The notes under the pieces are model-generated. The model was given only the letters and a program-made list of their open reading frames with translations, was not told the DNA's origin and made no database searches. A stretch of 54,925 nucleotides of DNA, filler included, from Sphacelaria rigidula (lineage: Eukaryota): the NCBI GenBank assembly GCA_964200075.2. It is 5 parts of 5 records of this genome, joined end to end, with 100 filler letters (N's around TTAATTAATTAA, not from the genome) between each part and the next. Parts side by side here need not be neighbours in the genome. Positions count along the whole stretch, not along the records: positions 33,018 to 43,921 come from CAXNAA020005708.1; positions 44,022 to 54,925 come from CAXNAA020005709.1; 3 more parts are not named here. One strand, given 5' to 3'. This document shows positions 36,110-48,783 of the stretch, piece after piece. How positions within the stretch are numbered: position 1 is the first letter of the stretch; every line of letters begins with the position of its first letter. Both the position numbers and the translations under genes were made by a program.

Positions 36110-38568
36110 CGAAAAAAATACACAAATCTCAAATCTCCCACAACATTTCAGATGAAAACTGCTAAAAATAGACAGCATACGGAAGGTTTCTCCCACGCAG
36201 CTATTTGTTCTCGACAACGTTGTCGATGGGAAGCACCGCCTGTACACTAAAAAGCACGAAATGTGCGACGAAGGCGAACTTCTCTCCTGCAAACGACACT
36301 GTCAAGGTCGCGCAGACGATATTGTACTCTCCCATCAAAGACTGAGGGCTTTTAGTTGCTGCTTATAGGAGACGCAGCCGACCGATAACCTTGCATGGAG
36401 CCAGCAAGCGTACACAGGACTGGTGGATGCGCTCAAGCGTGAAATTCGAACCGTGCTGTATATTGATGCACACCAACCCTGGCCCACCGCTTAGTAAGAG
36501 GCAGCACGCCCCTTCCTTCCTTGCTACTTTAAGGACAAGCTGTGGTCTTTCATATGCAATCCAAACAGGTCCCATGTATCGTCACCTACTACTGTTGTGC
36601 ACACTCAAGTATTTATTTCACTTCAAGAACAGATTTAGAGAAGTCCTCCATTTTTTCGGAGCTCCAAACACGCCCAACAACAGTATTATTATCGATTGCT
36701 GCAGTTGCTGTTGGATATCTAATCGCAGACATAGGGCTGATTTCGTTGTTGGCTTGCCTTCGCCGGCAAAATGGAGGACAGAATGATGCCGCCTGCCCCT
36801 GTATGGCGTTCCAAACTACGATTAACATGTTCCTTGCAACCTCTGTCAAACGGGGGAGCAGTCGGAAAGGCAAGGGCGTGATCGAGCGGCCATCCCGGAA
36901 GCGGCACACACAAAAAATAAAGATATCGACTGTGGAAGGCTCAGTGCAAGGTTTACAGCACGCCTGCCCTCTGTCAGTTTTATGCATAGATATATACACC
37001 CACCACACCACCAGCTATAGACTTTTCAGGCGGTGCGATGGCATACACTCGTAGCAGCGCTGCAGGCAAATAGCTCGCTGCTGGATTGTTTCTGCTCTTC
37101 ACGTCGAAAGTGCGTATTTCCGCAAACGGCGACCACCTTACTTGAGCCCATCAGCTCAACCTCTGCTGCCGACGCACACACCGTCTAAGAAGATGGACAC
37201 CGCTAACCCACGGTGCTTATCACTGTGCGACATGGCCCAGGTTGTCACTAGCAAGGTTGCTGCCGACTCTCGCACGCTTGCGAGCGCCACGGCGTGCTCA
37301 CAGGGCAGCTCTGCGAAGTTTTGCGCTGCAGTCCGAAGTGTTCAAATTTCTCCAAAAGTTGAGCTTCGGAGAAAAGATTAGGCCGCTTCATTCTCGGTGA
37401 ACACTGAACGTCGGGTCTTGACCCTTTGGCCGCGAGGGTAGGTCACGTGGTGAATCGGCATCAATATCCACTTTAAAACAGTATTCGTGATCTAGATGGA
37501 CAACCCGTATCGAGGTGTAAGGGTTAAGACGCGAAACATTTCAGGAATATCGGATGAAACAGTGTCGATAGTGATGATAGGCCTTATAGGGAAGGCACGA
37601 GGAGCCAACACAGTGAACGCAGTGCAATCTAACTGAGAGAAGTCAAAACCGACACCTGCACAACCTGAGGCACCCAACACTCGAACACAGATTATTGGGT
37701 AGGTGCAGTAGTATTGACGGAGGGTAAACACAACCACACACCCCATGCACACACCTCAGCCGCTGTTGCAGCCGATGCAATTCAAATAACCAACCATCTT
37801 GTCGCCTATCCCCCGCACCTATATATCGGGGGGCGCTACAAAAAAATCATCCTGTGCAACGAAAAGGGCATACAGGCGAGCGCAGAATCAAGCGCGCCGC
37901 CACTGGTTTGGGCGCCACGCAACAAGAGAGCCAATCCAGGGCTAATTACAACAAGCCACGTACTGAACCAAACGACGAACACCCAATAAAGCATCCCAAA
38001 CGGTACGGTATGCCACGAGAACGGAAGACTGCTCGCGTTGGAAAGTATGTATGTGATCGGCTGCTGGTACCAGACCTAAGCCAAGATTTCCAACGCCATC
38101 CATCCCCATACGGGAATGGGATAGCTTACCTGATGCGGGGTGAACAAGTTCCTGTATTGGCAATGTAGTCCTGTATGTGAGCCGGGCGTCTTAATGGTTG
38201 TGAACGGGGAGAGACGATGGCAGCTTTATCAACATAAAAGGCAGTGCAGTAGCGTATTATGTCGATTTGATGATCGATGTGCGGTGAAATCAGGAAGTGA
38301 AACGGTGGGAGGCGTCTGCTCACATCACGAAAAACGACAACGCCTCACCTACCTCAACGAATAAACATGAAAAAACAAAAGTTCTGAACATATGAAGAAC
38401 GCAAGAACTCCTCAACGCATACCCGCAGAGCCATTATTTATTACTCCGGGGTATATTTGATCGAGTAAACACACGACCAACTCCTTGCTATTTTGGGCAG
38501 AACTCACCAAACACAGCGGGGGGAAATAGACCAATCAAAATCATGGAAACGTCAAAGGTATTCTTCGC

Positions 38569-39959
38569 CAGGGTTGTTACATATCGGACCGAGAATAAAG
38601 TTCGATAGATATTCTTAGAACATCGAATCACAACCGCCGATATCGATGTTTTGGTCGATCTTCCGAATATGACACGATACGTATCGAGTATCGATATTCG
38701 ATACGATACGGCTGTTTTAGTATGGCCGCAGTGTACAAGACCGAGCAGTACAATGGCACACCGACACCCTCACTCACTATATTGTAGGTTGCTTAAGATT
38801 CCACATCCCCTACACAGATTTTCAAAGCTCACTTACTCCTCACCCGAAGCGATGTCAGGACTGAACTGGGCGGCGGTGCAACCATCTCGTCGAAAGAAAG
38901 TAACCGAGCTTTGAAAATCGCTCCTGAGGGTGTGGTATCTCAAGCAACCTACGGTAATTTCCAGCAGACAGCAGTGGGCACATGATGTACAGCAGCGGGT
39001 AGTCTGCAAATTGAACTCATAGCAGCGGCGGCATGCGGTGATACAGCTGTCTTGCGAATATCTTTCGTCGTCGTGCAAGAGATAGTTGATCACAGGGTCG
39101 GGTGTGGTATTGGTTATACTATTTTCATTTCCGCGGTCACTTTCCCGTGTGTTTCGATCGAATGAGCGCATGCCTCGACTGTGCACATCCATTAGAAAAG
39201 CAAAAATCGTGTCAAGCCTCGAACATGCTCAAACTCAAATGCAAGTCAGGGTTAGGGTTAGGGTTAGGGTTAGGGTAAGCTCTTTTTTTTTACCGTTCTT
39301 CACTACCAATAACAGGAAACGTCGGCAACATGCGTCAAGTTTTAATTTTTAGATGCCTAAAAGTATATATTTGTATGTCACCAACCAAGAAGAATAAACC
39401 ACTAAGCTTGCAACAATTAGAATGCCCAGACTAATGGACGGAGGGGAAAAAATCCAACACTCGTCAAACATGAAGGAAGGGCGAAGCGACAGTACGACCT
39501 CCTCATACTCCGAAGGACAGCTGCTTTCTACTGTTATCTGCAGCTTTGCGTTGATCATGACCTCATACCTACTCCGCCACGCCACCCGTATGTTGCCGTT
39601 GGTAAACACCCCCGCTGAATCATATCACTAAACCCTAAATCCACGAGGCACCAGCGGTGTGTGGTGTGTGAAGGGGATCTTGTGGAGTGAGGGATGGGGG
39701 GGCAGGGTGGCACATCAACTGGGGGTCTGCCGTTCGAGAAATACCCCCCCCCCCCTGCGTTTTCTGTGACGACGGTTTCGAGAAATTGAGCTAATGTGAC
39801 GAAGAATAGACAAAACATCGAGCGTATCGATATTCGATATTGATATTCGATATTGACACATATCACATATATCGGTTTTCTAAGCTCCGATACGGATATG
39901 GCATATCGCCGATATTTATCGAAATCGTATCGATTATCGATATCCGATGTGCAGCCCTG
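38569..39959. mobile_element. Non-autonomous hAT-like element
   Basis: Termini CAGGGTTG.../...CAGCCCTG; 8-bp TSD TTCTTCGC/TTCTTCAC (7/8); dense subterminal ATCGAT/TATCG motifs at both ends. Confidence 0.75.
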
Positions 39960-40250
39960 TTCTTCACACCCTCAGCCTGTCTCATCTCCGTGGATTTAAT
40001 GACTCATCATGATATCTATCCGGCACTGATTCGACTATCTCCATAATTTCGTGTTATGATCCAGCTCTGGGATACTTGAAAACGACCCGGCGTCTGATTC
40101 ATCAACTAGAGACCAAAAGCAGCGAGATTCATCTGCTGGGCCGTTTCATCCGGCTCGTGTACATACGAGTCATGAACCCCGCCGAGGTGACGATGTTAAG
40201 TTTTTACTGCTGCAACAACAGCGCCTTGGACGTACTGCTATCATCATCGA

Positions 40251-40570
40251 CAGGCTGGTTCAGTCAGGATGAATGCCCAAAACAATCAATTTCCCACTGA
40301 GATACAGAACGCAAAACTGGCCCGAGAGAAACGTGTTTGGCGTCATAGTGCGGCCCCCACGAGCAAGCGCACTGTGGATGGCATCCAGTACATAGTCGGT
40401 TTTTTCTTGTCCTGCGCGCCCCTTCTTTCTTGACTGTGGTGTACAGCAAAAATGCTCCTCGACCAATATCACACGGGGAGTCTTCAAATTGTTCTGAAAT
40501 TGAAAATGAATGCGAATTTCCGACATAGTTTGTACCCAAGCTCGTGAATTTAAACTTAGTAACCGTAGGC
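40251..40570. mobile_element. Partial copy (left end) of the Tc1/mariner-type element at 48784-50089
   Basis: caggctggttcag...agatacagaacgcaa and downstream blocks align with 48784-49060. Confidence 0.7.
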
Positions 40571-41457
40571 TTCGGCTTCGTATGCGCTTTTTTTGTCAAA
40601 TTAGGTTCCGTTTTGTCTTTTTTCACAAGCCCCCCCCCCCTTGTTTTAAGCTCCATTTTAAGCTTTTCTCAGCGAAAATATGCGCACTTTATGCGCCTCC
40701 TTAGCGTCCTTGTTATGGAGTTGTGGCAGTATCCCCTCACGAGGCGAGCCTTCTAGCATGAGGAGAAGACGACAATTTGGGTATTCGAGTTTTGAAGCTT
40801 GTTTTTCATTGGAAAATGGAACTTTTCTTCGATCATTGAGGCTGAAGGCCAACCCAAACCACCTACTACCGAAACAAAAAATGCCACTACATACACTCAG
40901 TGGGGCATTGCAGCCTTTGGACACAGGATATGGCAGCCTTTGGCCTCTCGCCCGTCAAGCTGCAAGCTACAAGCTACCGTCCCCACCCACCCCCGTCATC
41001 TACGATCAGTCGACATTTGAAATCTTGTAAACTTCCGGCTTCGATTGTACTTGATCATAACCGCGGATTCGATCCGGTCATATAACGTCTCGTACAATTG
41101 TGCACACAATTTTGATTACATTTCTCGATTCAACAAAAGGATTGTTTGTTAACTGAGGGTTCTTCCAGTGGGAATTTGATCTGGTTGGGTCAACTTGTCA
41201 GAAAGCAATAGAGTATTATATGTACGTGCAGGACATTGTTATTTCTTCTGTCGATAGTTGGAACTGTTTTATTGTTGCTCCGAGAGTTCGTCGATCACCC
41301 AAGGCTCCACTCCCTCTCTTTCTTTCAGCCTACCTATTTTCATCTTCCTCAGAAGAGACTACGTGTTATTTTATTCGGCCGGCTAAGCGCCCCAGCAAAC
41401 CATCTTCTATTCTTATACAGGTATCCTACTGCGCGCCGCAAAGTAAGCTTAACAGCT

Positions 41458-41710
41458 TTCACTTTCTACGATAGCCCCCTCCAACAAGTGGCCGGTTTGG
41501 AGAGGCAAAATCTACACGTGAATCGAAATGAAAAAAGCCGAGCGCAACGATGCATTCCCAGCTTGCTTGGGTTCGTTTTCGCCAATTTCGTCCAAAATAA
41601 GGCGTTTTATGCAGCCTGAAACCAAAAATCAGGCGCAGCATGGCCATTTTCTTCGTGACAGTTTTGGACTGTTTTTTCGGCGGGGGTGAGGGGGTATCGT
41701 AAATAGTGTC
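41458..41710. mobile_element. Second copy of the 4-bp-TSD MITE
   Basis: cactttctacgatagccccc ... gggggtatcgtaaatagtgtc; TSD AGCT at 41454-41457 and 41711-41714. Confidence 0.8.
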
Positions 41711-41897
41711 AGCTATTGTGCAACTCTGTAAGACTGTCTAGTGAGACAGTTAGCCTGTCTAGTTTATTTAGACAGTGCCACACGCCACCAGCCACTCCAA
41801 AAACCAACACTATGAACTAATTCTGTTATTACTGGATGAAGGAAACCAAGTTCAGAGACGAACATAGCAGCAGGAGGTGCAGCAGATGTGTACATCG

Positions 41898-42127
41898 ACT
41901 AGACTCTACCCTTTCGTTGCAGACTTCCTTGTAATCCGCCAGGCGATGTACAGATCTATTGACATCTCCACTCGGGCGAAGAGCATAGCGGCACACCACG
42001 CATGTCCTACTAGACTCTACCCTTTTGTTGCAGACTTCCTTGTAACCCGCTGGTCGATGTACAGATAGATCTGTTGACATCTCTACTCCGGCGAAGAGCA
42101 CAGCGGCACACCACGCATATCCTACTA
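41898..42127. repeat. Tandem duplication, ~111-bp unit, two copies
   Basis: actagactctacccttt... starts at 41898 and 42009. Confidence 0.9.
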
Positions 42128-42413
42128 CGTACGTGGTGGCGATCCGTGAACTGCGCACGCACACAGTCTTGTCCATGTGCACAGCACCACGCCAGCGACG
42201 AACACGTGCCGAGCATGGAACACCTTTTCTCTCCCCCCAAAACCTCAACACCTCCCTGCCACACGCACCCGACACACGCATTAACCGAAGGATTGTCCCC
42301 ACGAGTCTGGGATTTGCTGGGTCAGTCAGGCGCGGGTCAGTCAGGCGCATACGTCAACGCTAGGTTGCAGCAGTGGCAGAGAGGTTGTGTTTTGTCGCAT
42401 CGCAGCTTGACTT

Positions 42414-42493
42414 TGTTCAGGAAGCGAACAGTTAACCCATTGAAGCAGTGAGCGCTCACTGGTTCAATGGGTAGACTGTTCGCTTCCTGAACA
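42414..42493. repeat. 80-bp palindrome (37/40 matches, no spacer)
   Basis: tgttcaggaagcgaacag...gtgagc|gctcac...ctgttcgcttcctgaaca. Confidence 0.95.
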
Positions 42494-42834
42494 CTCTACG
42501 GGGCGTGCGACGTATTTCCGTGCCGGCGATTCTCTTCGACCGTTTACAGGCCTGATACCTGCATGTGTGCCCACGGAGCAGCCCACCATGCCTGTGAAAC
42601 CCCATCATCGATCACTGGAACCGTAACCGTCGAAGCGCCCAGTAATAGTCATAGTCAGAGACCGTTTCTAGTTATTCCAAGTGGGGCATGACTCTCGTCT
42701 TCTTCGAGGGGGAACATCGACTCACGCGCGCGTCGAGGAGATAGCAGCAGCGATAATGATGAAAACACTAGCGCGCGTCCTTCTGGCCAAAGGAATACAC
42801 GATATCGTGACGTGCGAAGCACTACTGTAGCAAC

Positions 42835-43413
42835 GTGTTGGTTGCGCTTTTGAACAGCGCAAACCGATTCCTCCGTTCGTTAGGGCCAGAACGCATTCGC
42901 GATCTCCTTAGGCTCAGGCGTACCGCAGGCAGCCTGAGCGGGACCCCACCCCCCTCTCGTGTCACCTTGTTGACCTCCCTTAACATACCGCACTCTCCTC
43001 TGCCACGCAAGCCGTCGATAATTAGTACCACCACGCCCCAGCTAATAACGTCAACCGGCGGAACTCCCACGCGCAAATGCGAGGAACCAAATAAAGGATC
43101 CGTTAGTGTCAAGCTGGCGGTAGGAGGACGGGCTCTATGCAAGCACTCCCAGCGAGGGCGGGAGGGGTGGTGGGGGTCCGATGGGGGCACGGAGGCAGAT
43201 AAGAGCGCTCGTGCTAGGACAAGAGTGCTGGAAATCCTGCAAACGGCAACCTGGGTCAACTTGCATGCGTTTGGTGAGGATTGGAACGATGGAGTGTTCG
43301 AGGTACGCGAGTTGAATGGATATGGGGCGCGTTGGAGCGTTGATGGTACCGCGTTCAGGGGTTTTCTGGAGCCGCACATGGAGGACGAGCAGGCGAAGGG
43401 CTGGAAGCATTAA
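42835..43413 (+). CDS. C-terminal region of a protein resembling plant RNA-binding ASCH-domain proteins; possibly a pseudogene
   Basis: PPPSRVTLL, LAVGGRALCKH.QR...GWWG, VFEVRELNGYGARWSVDGTAFRGFLEPHMED...KGWKH match the recalled plant family C-terminus. The upstream frame is broken. Confidence 0.8.
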   Translation: MLVALLNSANRFLRSLGPERIRDLLRLRRTAGSLSGTPPPSRVTLLTSLNIPHSPLPRKPSIISTTTPQLITSTGGTPTRKCEEPNKGSVSVKLAVGGRALCKHSQRGREGWWGSDGGTEADKSARARTRVLEILQTATWVNLHAFGEDWNDGVFEVRELNGYGARWSVDGTAFRGFLEPHMEDEQAKGWKH

Positions 43414-43870
43414 ACTGAATGCTGATGATGTAGAGCACGGTTGCGAGGAAGCAGAGGAATGTGCTCGCGCCTCGCGCCTTCCCGCGATTTTGCTTCTTCT
43501 TTGTTCGAAAACAGGGGATATTGCTGCCACAGCGCTACTCATTTGGTTTGCTTGCAACTCGGTAGGTGTTGCTGAACATTTATGGTGGGTGGAATACCGC
43601 CGCACCTCGGTGGTCAACCTGCATGGTACATCATCGGCCAGTTCGGACTGTTCAGTGGTTCCGAACCCCGACAGCAACGGTTAATGTCTTATTGGTTTTC
43701 CTTGTGGAAAAAGCGTGCGGGCATCAGTTTCAACAAAATCCAGCCTAAGTCAACGTGCTGCAGGAGTGCTGATTCAATAATACTGAATAGTCATTTGCCA
43801 GGCAGGTACCGAGGCAGGGGGGGGTTGATCTCTTCAAGCCAAGACCTCGTCCCTAGGAAGGTAGAGGGGA

Positions 43871-43921
43871 GGGGGGGGCGTACTCATTTGTTGCTTGCCT
43901 TAGTCATTTGACCATTGACAA
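43871..43921 (-). mobile_element. Oligo(C)-ended LINE 3' terminus at contig end
   Basis: Reverse complement gtcaatggtcaaatgactaaggcaagcaacaaatgagtacg + C8. Confidence 0.88.
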
Positions 43922-44075
43922 NNNNNNNNNNNNNNNNNNNNNNNNNNNNNNNNNNNNNNNNNNNNTTAATTAATTAANNNNNNNNNNNNNNNNNNNNNNN
44001 NNNNNNNNNNNNNNNNNNNNNCGGTGAGTGGCCTGCGAAATACTGTTTCGAATTTCTACCGATCCGATTCTTGAA

Positions 44076-44349
44076 AGGCGAATGCGCTGGGCAATATTTC
44101 GAGTTGAACCCTGAAATTTGGTATGGACAATGCACAGAGCATAATAAAAAATCGGGAAGAAGCACATGAAGTTTTTTTTTTCGTGAGTTAGGGGCAATAA
44201 TCAGTTTTCAGGTTTCAGCAAAACGCCCTTATCTCATGAAACAAAGAAAAAAAACTTCATGTGCTTCTTCCCGATTTTTATTATGCCCCATGCATTATCC
44301 ATACCAATTTTCAGGGTCTAACTCCAAATATCGGCCGGCGCATTCGCCT
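44076..44349. mobile_element. Foldback MITE-like inverted repeat (~120-bp arms)
   Basis: aggcgaatgcgc...aatcgggaagaagcacatgaagttttttt mirrored by aaaaaaacttcatgtgcttcttcccgatt...gcgcattcgcct. Confidence 0.85.
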
Positions 44350-45471
44350 GCAAACTTTCATGCAGCCTCTAGGGTGGCCCAGCCTGTAGAGTCGAACTGT
44401 GTAGGTAACGGTGTCTGTCATATGTACGTAGTATACCACCCCCTGAAGAACACGTCCTAGTGATGGATTTTAGGAGCCAAAAATGGGGTTTTATGTGGAG
44501 TGGGGTTTAGTATACCACGTAATTCCGTACAGTACTACTGCAGATCCGAACATGGTGCTAAAACAGCCGAACGTCGATCTACCGCACGGGCATGATATCG
44601 TACAAGAGTGTAGTGAAGCGATCCAGGATTAAAATCTCCGTCTCGTGGGGGAGGGGTTGGTAAAGTGACGGTAGAGTTTGTGCGAGACAATAACGAATGT
44701 AGAAATGTTGATGTGGTGCACTGAATGAAAAATTGACCATTGGACAAGCTCTCTTATGTTTTGTGTGAAGTAGGACAATGTTGGCAGCTTCTCTCCCGAG
44801 GTCTGCAATGTCGGCAGTCAGATGGCAGACAGGCGTACAAGGAAACAAGAACAAGGCTGCTATGCAGCAACATGAAAACTGAAGATTGACTGATACATCA
44901 CTATAGTACTACACTCAATATTGCCCCCCCCCCCCCCGAAATATCCCTGCCGGTTGATGAGTTTCGCGTCCCTAAAGCTCATCACTTCGAGGGTCGTATA
45001 CACGGTCACTTACGGTACGGCACGGCACACTCCCGCCAAAAGCCGCCAAGGACTGCGGTAATCCTATCGATAAATCGTACCATGTTCGGCGTCACGGTGC
45101 TTTCAAGGCTCGCAGTAGAGGCTACTACTGCGTCGTTGTCGCGTTCGCACGAAACATGCCGTGTGACTGTACTGAGATCGACAAGTACGTCGTTCACTAT
45201 GTCAGAATGCAAGAGAGCCAGCTACGTGTAACCACATCGCGGAAGCGGCCCGCTTACGTCACAGTAGCAGCACAGCACAACCCACGATACGCACGATGCA
45301 CAAAGCCCATTCCGTGAACCCTCCGTTTCAACATCAGGCTTAATATCATCACGTATCGATCCCATTTTCGGCTTTGCTGAGTTATGAGAGCAAATTACAC
45401 AAGCCATCATTCACACTGTGTGCCCGCTCTGTCCATTCGTGTCCGTGTGCTTGTTTTGCTTCGACTTGCAG

Positions 45472-45579
45472 CGAACGAGGGTCCAGATCTGGCTTTACGA
45501 AAACACACGCATGCGGATAGAAGGGCAGATCCTGGGCTTCGACGAGTATATGAACCTCGTGTTGGATGAAGCAGAGGAG
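45472..45579 (+). CDS. SmE: Small nuclear ribonucleoprotein E, internal exon (Sm1 motif)
   Basis: RTRVQIWLYENTRMRIEGQILGFDEYMNLVLDEAEE; GCAG acceptor, GT donor. First coding exon not found (a GTGAGT donor sits at the contig start, 44024). Confidence 0.96.
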
Positions 45580-47136
45580 GTGAAATGTTATATACAATCT
45601 CTTCGCTGTGTTCTTGGTCCTTTGCTTTGTGAGTTATTTTGAAGATTCGTTGCCCGAGTGTCCTTTACCGTCGCACCTGCTGTATTGTATGTTTTGCCGA
45701 ATGTTATGAAAGTGGGTTGAAATATCTCATCATAGCTGCTTGTGCCGCCGCCGTGGCTCATATGTGTTTTCTTTACTCCCCATGTGTGTTTTCTATACTT
45801 CCCGCGGTACACCGTGACCCCGCGAAAACGTTGTAACCTCGTGCAAATATTGCGAAATGCAATATATACTTGGAATAGTCCGTCACCCCGGCGCGGAATG
45901 TAGCAACCCAGGTGTGCGTGTGTATGTGTGTGTGTTTTGAGTATCCGTCACAGTACAAGATACCGCCCCCCACCCGCACACACACACACGCACTTGGTCT
46001 CGTGAAACGTTTTTTCTTACTTGTTAATACTCTCGTAGTGCGGGCTTGCTGGTTCCGGGTTCCGTTTCGCACTAGACCCGCCCGGAAGAATTCCAATCGG
46101 TTTGTTCCTAAAATTGAAATTAACCAACTAACCAACTGAAATTACCCACCAGCGTGCCAGCAACCCGCCGGCCGTCTAAACCTCCAAATCATGATACCTG
46201 GGTTTGTCACTCCTTGTCCTGCTGCACTCTGTGCAATGTCACAAATACTTTTCCAATTGCGTGTGCAAATCAGACCGATGAACACACCGCGACGGGTTGA
46301 TCAAATCCTAGCTTGGTGAGTGTACAGTGTAAGCAACGCTAGTGGCACCCTGTTGTTCATGATGCACTCACAATTATTTACCGTGTCGGGTATGATGTAC
46401 TGACAATGTGCTTGTTGACCGCACGCGATGTAATTGCCTCGTGTCGAGAATCTCTGATGCATGCGTTCTGCCTTCGTGCATTTTCCCGGCATGGTTTGTT
46501 TGAAAGTCTTTTCAGCTCTCAGCGTACAGGTGAGCGGCTTGAAATGATTATGGGGAAAATAAGCAGGTTGTTGAGACTCCTTAAATTTACTTTAGGAGTA
46601 CCAGTAGAGAACGAAATATAATGAAGAGCGGCTTGTTGTTCTGCCTGTGACAATACCCCTGCGTTGCCCTACTTGAGCAGATCTTACCTAACGCGCGAAA
46701 AAAGCCTGCTATTTTGGTTATGAGCGTTGCTATCAAGAAAGTACAGTCGTAACCTGTTCTAGTGGTTAAACGCACAATGCATATCGACCATTTTGGCAAG
46801 TGCTATAGATGGGCATCGCCCGAATGTTCCCCAGTCTCAAGGAGCACTACTTGAACATTGCCCTCATGGTTCAATGGTAGACGTGAATATAGAGTAATGA
46901 TTGAGCATGGCACACACAAACAAAATAAATATTTTGAGAGTGGCGGCTCGCACGCTTTTGAGTATTGACCAGCCGGAATCCGCAAGTCAGTGGTGCGTAG
47001 CTGGGAAACCGCATAAGTCATGTACTGAAATATCCCACGTCGTGACGCTATCCTTGATTGGCTCATTTTGATCAAATCATGTTGCGCGGGTGTGCTACCT
47101 TGCACGTGCCACTGTTGACATACTCGGGTCGTCAAG

Positions 47137-47220
47137 GTGGATCTCAAGAGTGATGAGCGCAAGCAGCTAGGGCGGATCATGCTGAAGGGAGACACAATCA
47201 CTCTCATGCAGAGCGTGTAA
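47137..47220 (+). CDS. SmE: Small nuclear ribonucleoprotein E, last coding exon (Sm2 motif)
   Basis: VDLKSDERKQLGRIMLKGDTITLMQSV*; phase 0; AAG acceptor. Confidence 0.94.
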   Translation: MDLKSDERKQLGRIMLKGDTITLMQSV

Positions 47221-48783
47221 GTATAACGGACGTTGTTGTACGTGCTGGCATGCAGTACTTGACCTTGAAAAGGAGAAATCCGTATCATTAGGAATGTTTT
47301 GTGCGCCATCCTTCATGTCACTTGACAGTGTCAACGTCGGGAGACATCGATGAAAAACCAAGTCGTTCACTACAAACATGTCGATATTTTCCACATTTGT
47401 GGTGTCGGGACAAAGAGAGGTCAACGATCAGTTCAAGTGTTTATTGCCCGGATCTTGTTCCAAAAACGCTGCTATCCGGACGAAGTGTCAAATCGGAAAA
47501 CTGAAGGCATTAAGCGAAGGTCACAATGATTCAAAAGCCAGACCTGTGTACTGGTAGGACCCCCGACGTCCGGTTAGCCCGTAAGTCATCCAAACTTGAC
47601 CGTAGAATTGATGTTACTTGCGGAATTTGTGTCGAATGTCATTATCTCTCGATCCCCGAATATTTGAATTTAGCGTTCACCGTGATGTCATCCTGACAGC
47701 AACAGTTCGTGAAATCACCCTCACCAGAGAATTTTGTCCGAGCGCTGAGTTATTTCTCCACACAAGGAGGCACCGTTTGGTTGGACTATTGTACTAGCAG
47801 TGTGATTTGTGATGTTTGGTTTTGTAGATGTAGTTGTTGCCGTTCCGGTGCCAGTCTCACGATTAACAAATATAAGTCGGTTTGGTCATCTCTTCCCACT
47901 CTCTGTCGCATCTGAACGCGCGGCGTCTGTTCTCGTCCCTTCGGTTACTATTCGCCTCTCTGCTTGTCTGTCGGCCCCATCATAGCGAGGTGTAAAATTA
48001 GAACGGGGTGTGTACATCTGTTTCTTGGAGGGATTGCATTGCACTGAGGGGATCGAGAACGCGCACCCGACTGAGCTGCTGAACGGCGCAAACATGGTGA
48101 TGACGTGACGCCGTGGCAACACGTTGAGCCCTGCCATGCTTCCATGAAGAGAAGGGTTGGCGTCAAGGGTCTTGTCCAAGAGTGCTCCGCGCAGAGCGCA
48201 AACACCAGCACGTGAAGGAGGTGGTCCCGAGCTTGAGAGTTCGTCTGTGTCCGTTGCGGGCGCTGCGATGGTGCTAGTCTACAGGTCCTATACGCAACTT
48301 GCTGTAAATTGTGGGGTAGCCTCTCATTGCTATAGCGCAGACGGACTTGATTTTTGTCCACTTCGGTAGGGGTATAGCGTCATCGGTACTTGTAAGATTG
48401 AAGCGCCAGCTGCTTTTTTTAGCTCGGCCCTTGCACAAAGCCCCAGGGTATATAAGTGTACATGGAGAAACGAAGCAAGGGTGGATGTGTCCGCCGCACG
48501 GGGCCGTTCACTGCAATGGCATGGAACACAGCCGTGTTTTCGACAAGGAGTGCAATGTGGCGATAAGACATGCTCATGCTCACTGAGGGTGGCATTTATT
48601 CATGCTTGGCGTTGTGACCGAGGTATTAATCCCGATTTCACCATACCATACTTGCACGTGGGCTGCTCAAATGAGGTCAGTGTGGTGTTCCCAAATGCGA
48701 GAATTCGATGCCTTCGTAGTTTCTCATCTTACGACTTGTCATACGTTGAGTACACATCCCTGACACCCACGTGTACCATGATA

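Noticed and set aside
37255..37330. SWIM zinc finger (LPCEHAVAL, minus strand)
   Set aside because: Upstream CxC is absent in frame; probably chance.
38860..38945. hAT dimerisation motif (ERFSKLGY, minus strand)
   Set aside because: Too short and coincides with an inverted-repeat arm.
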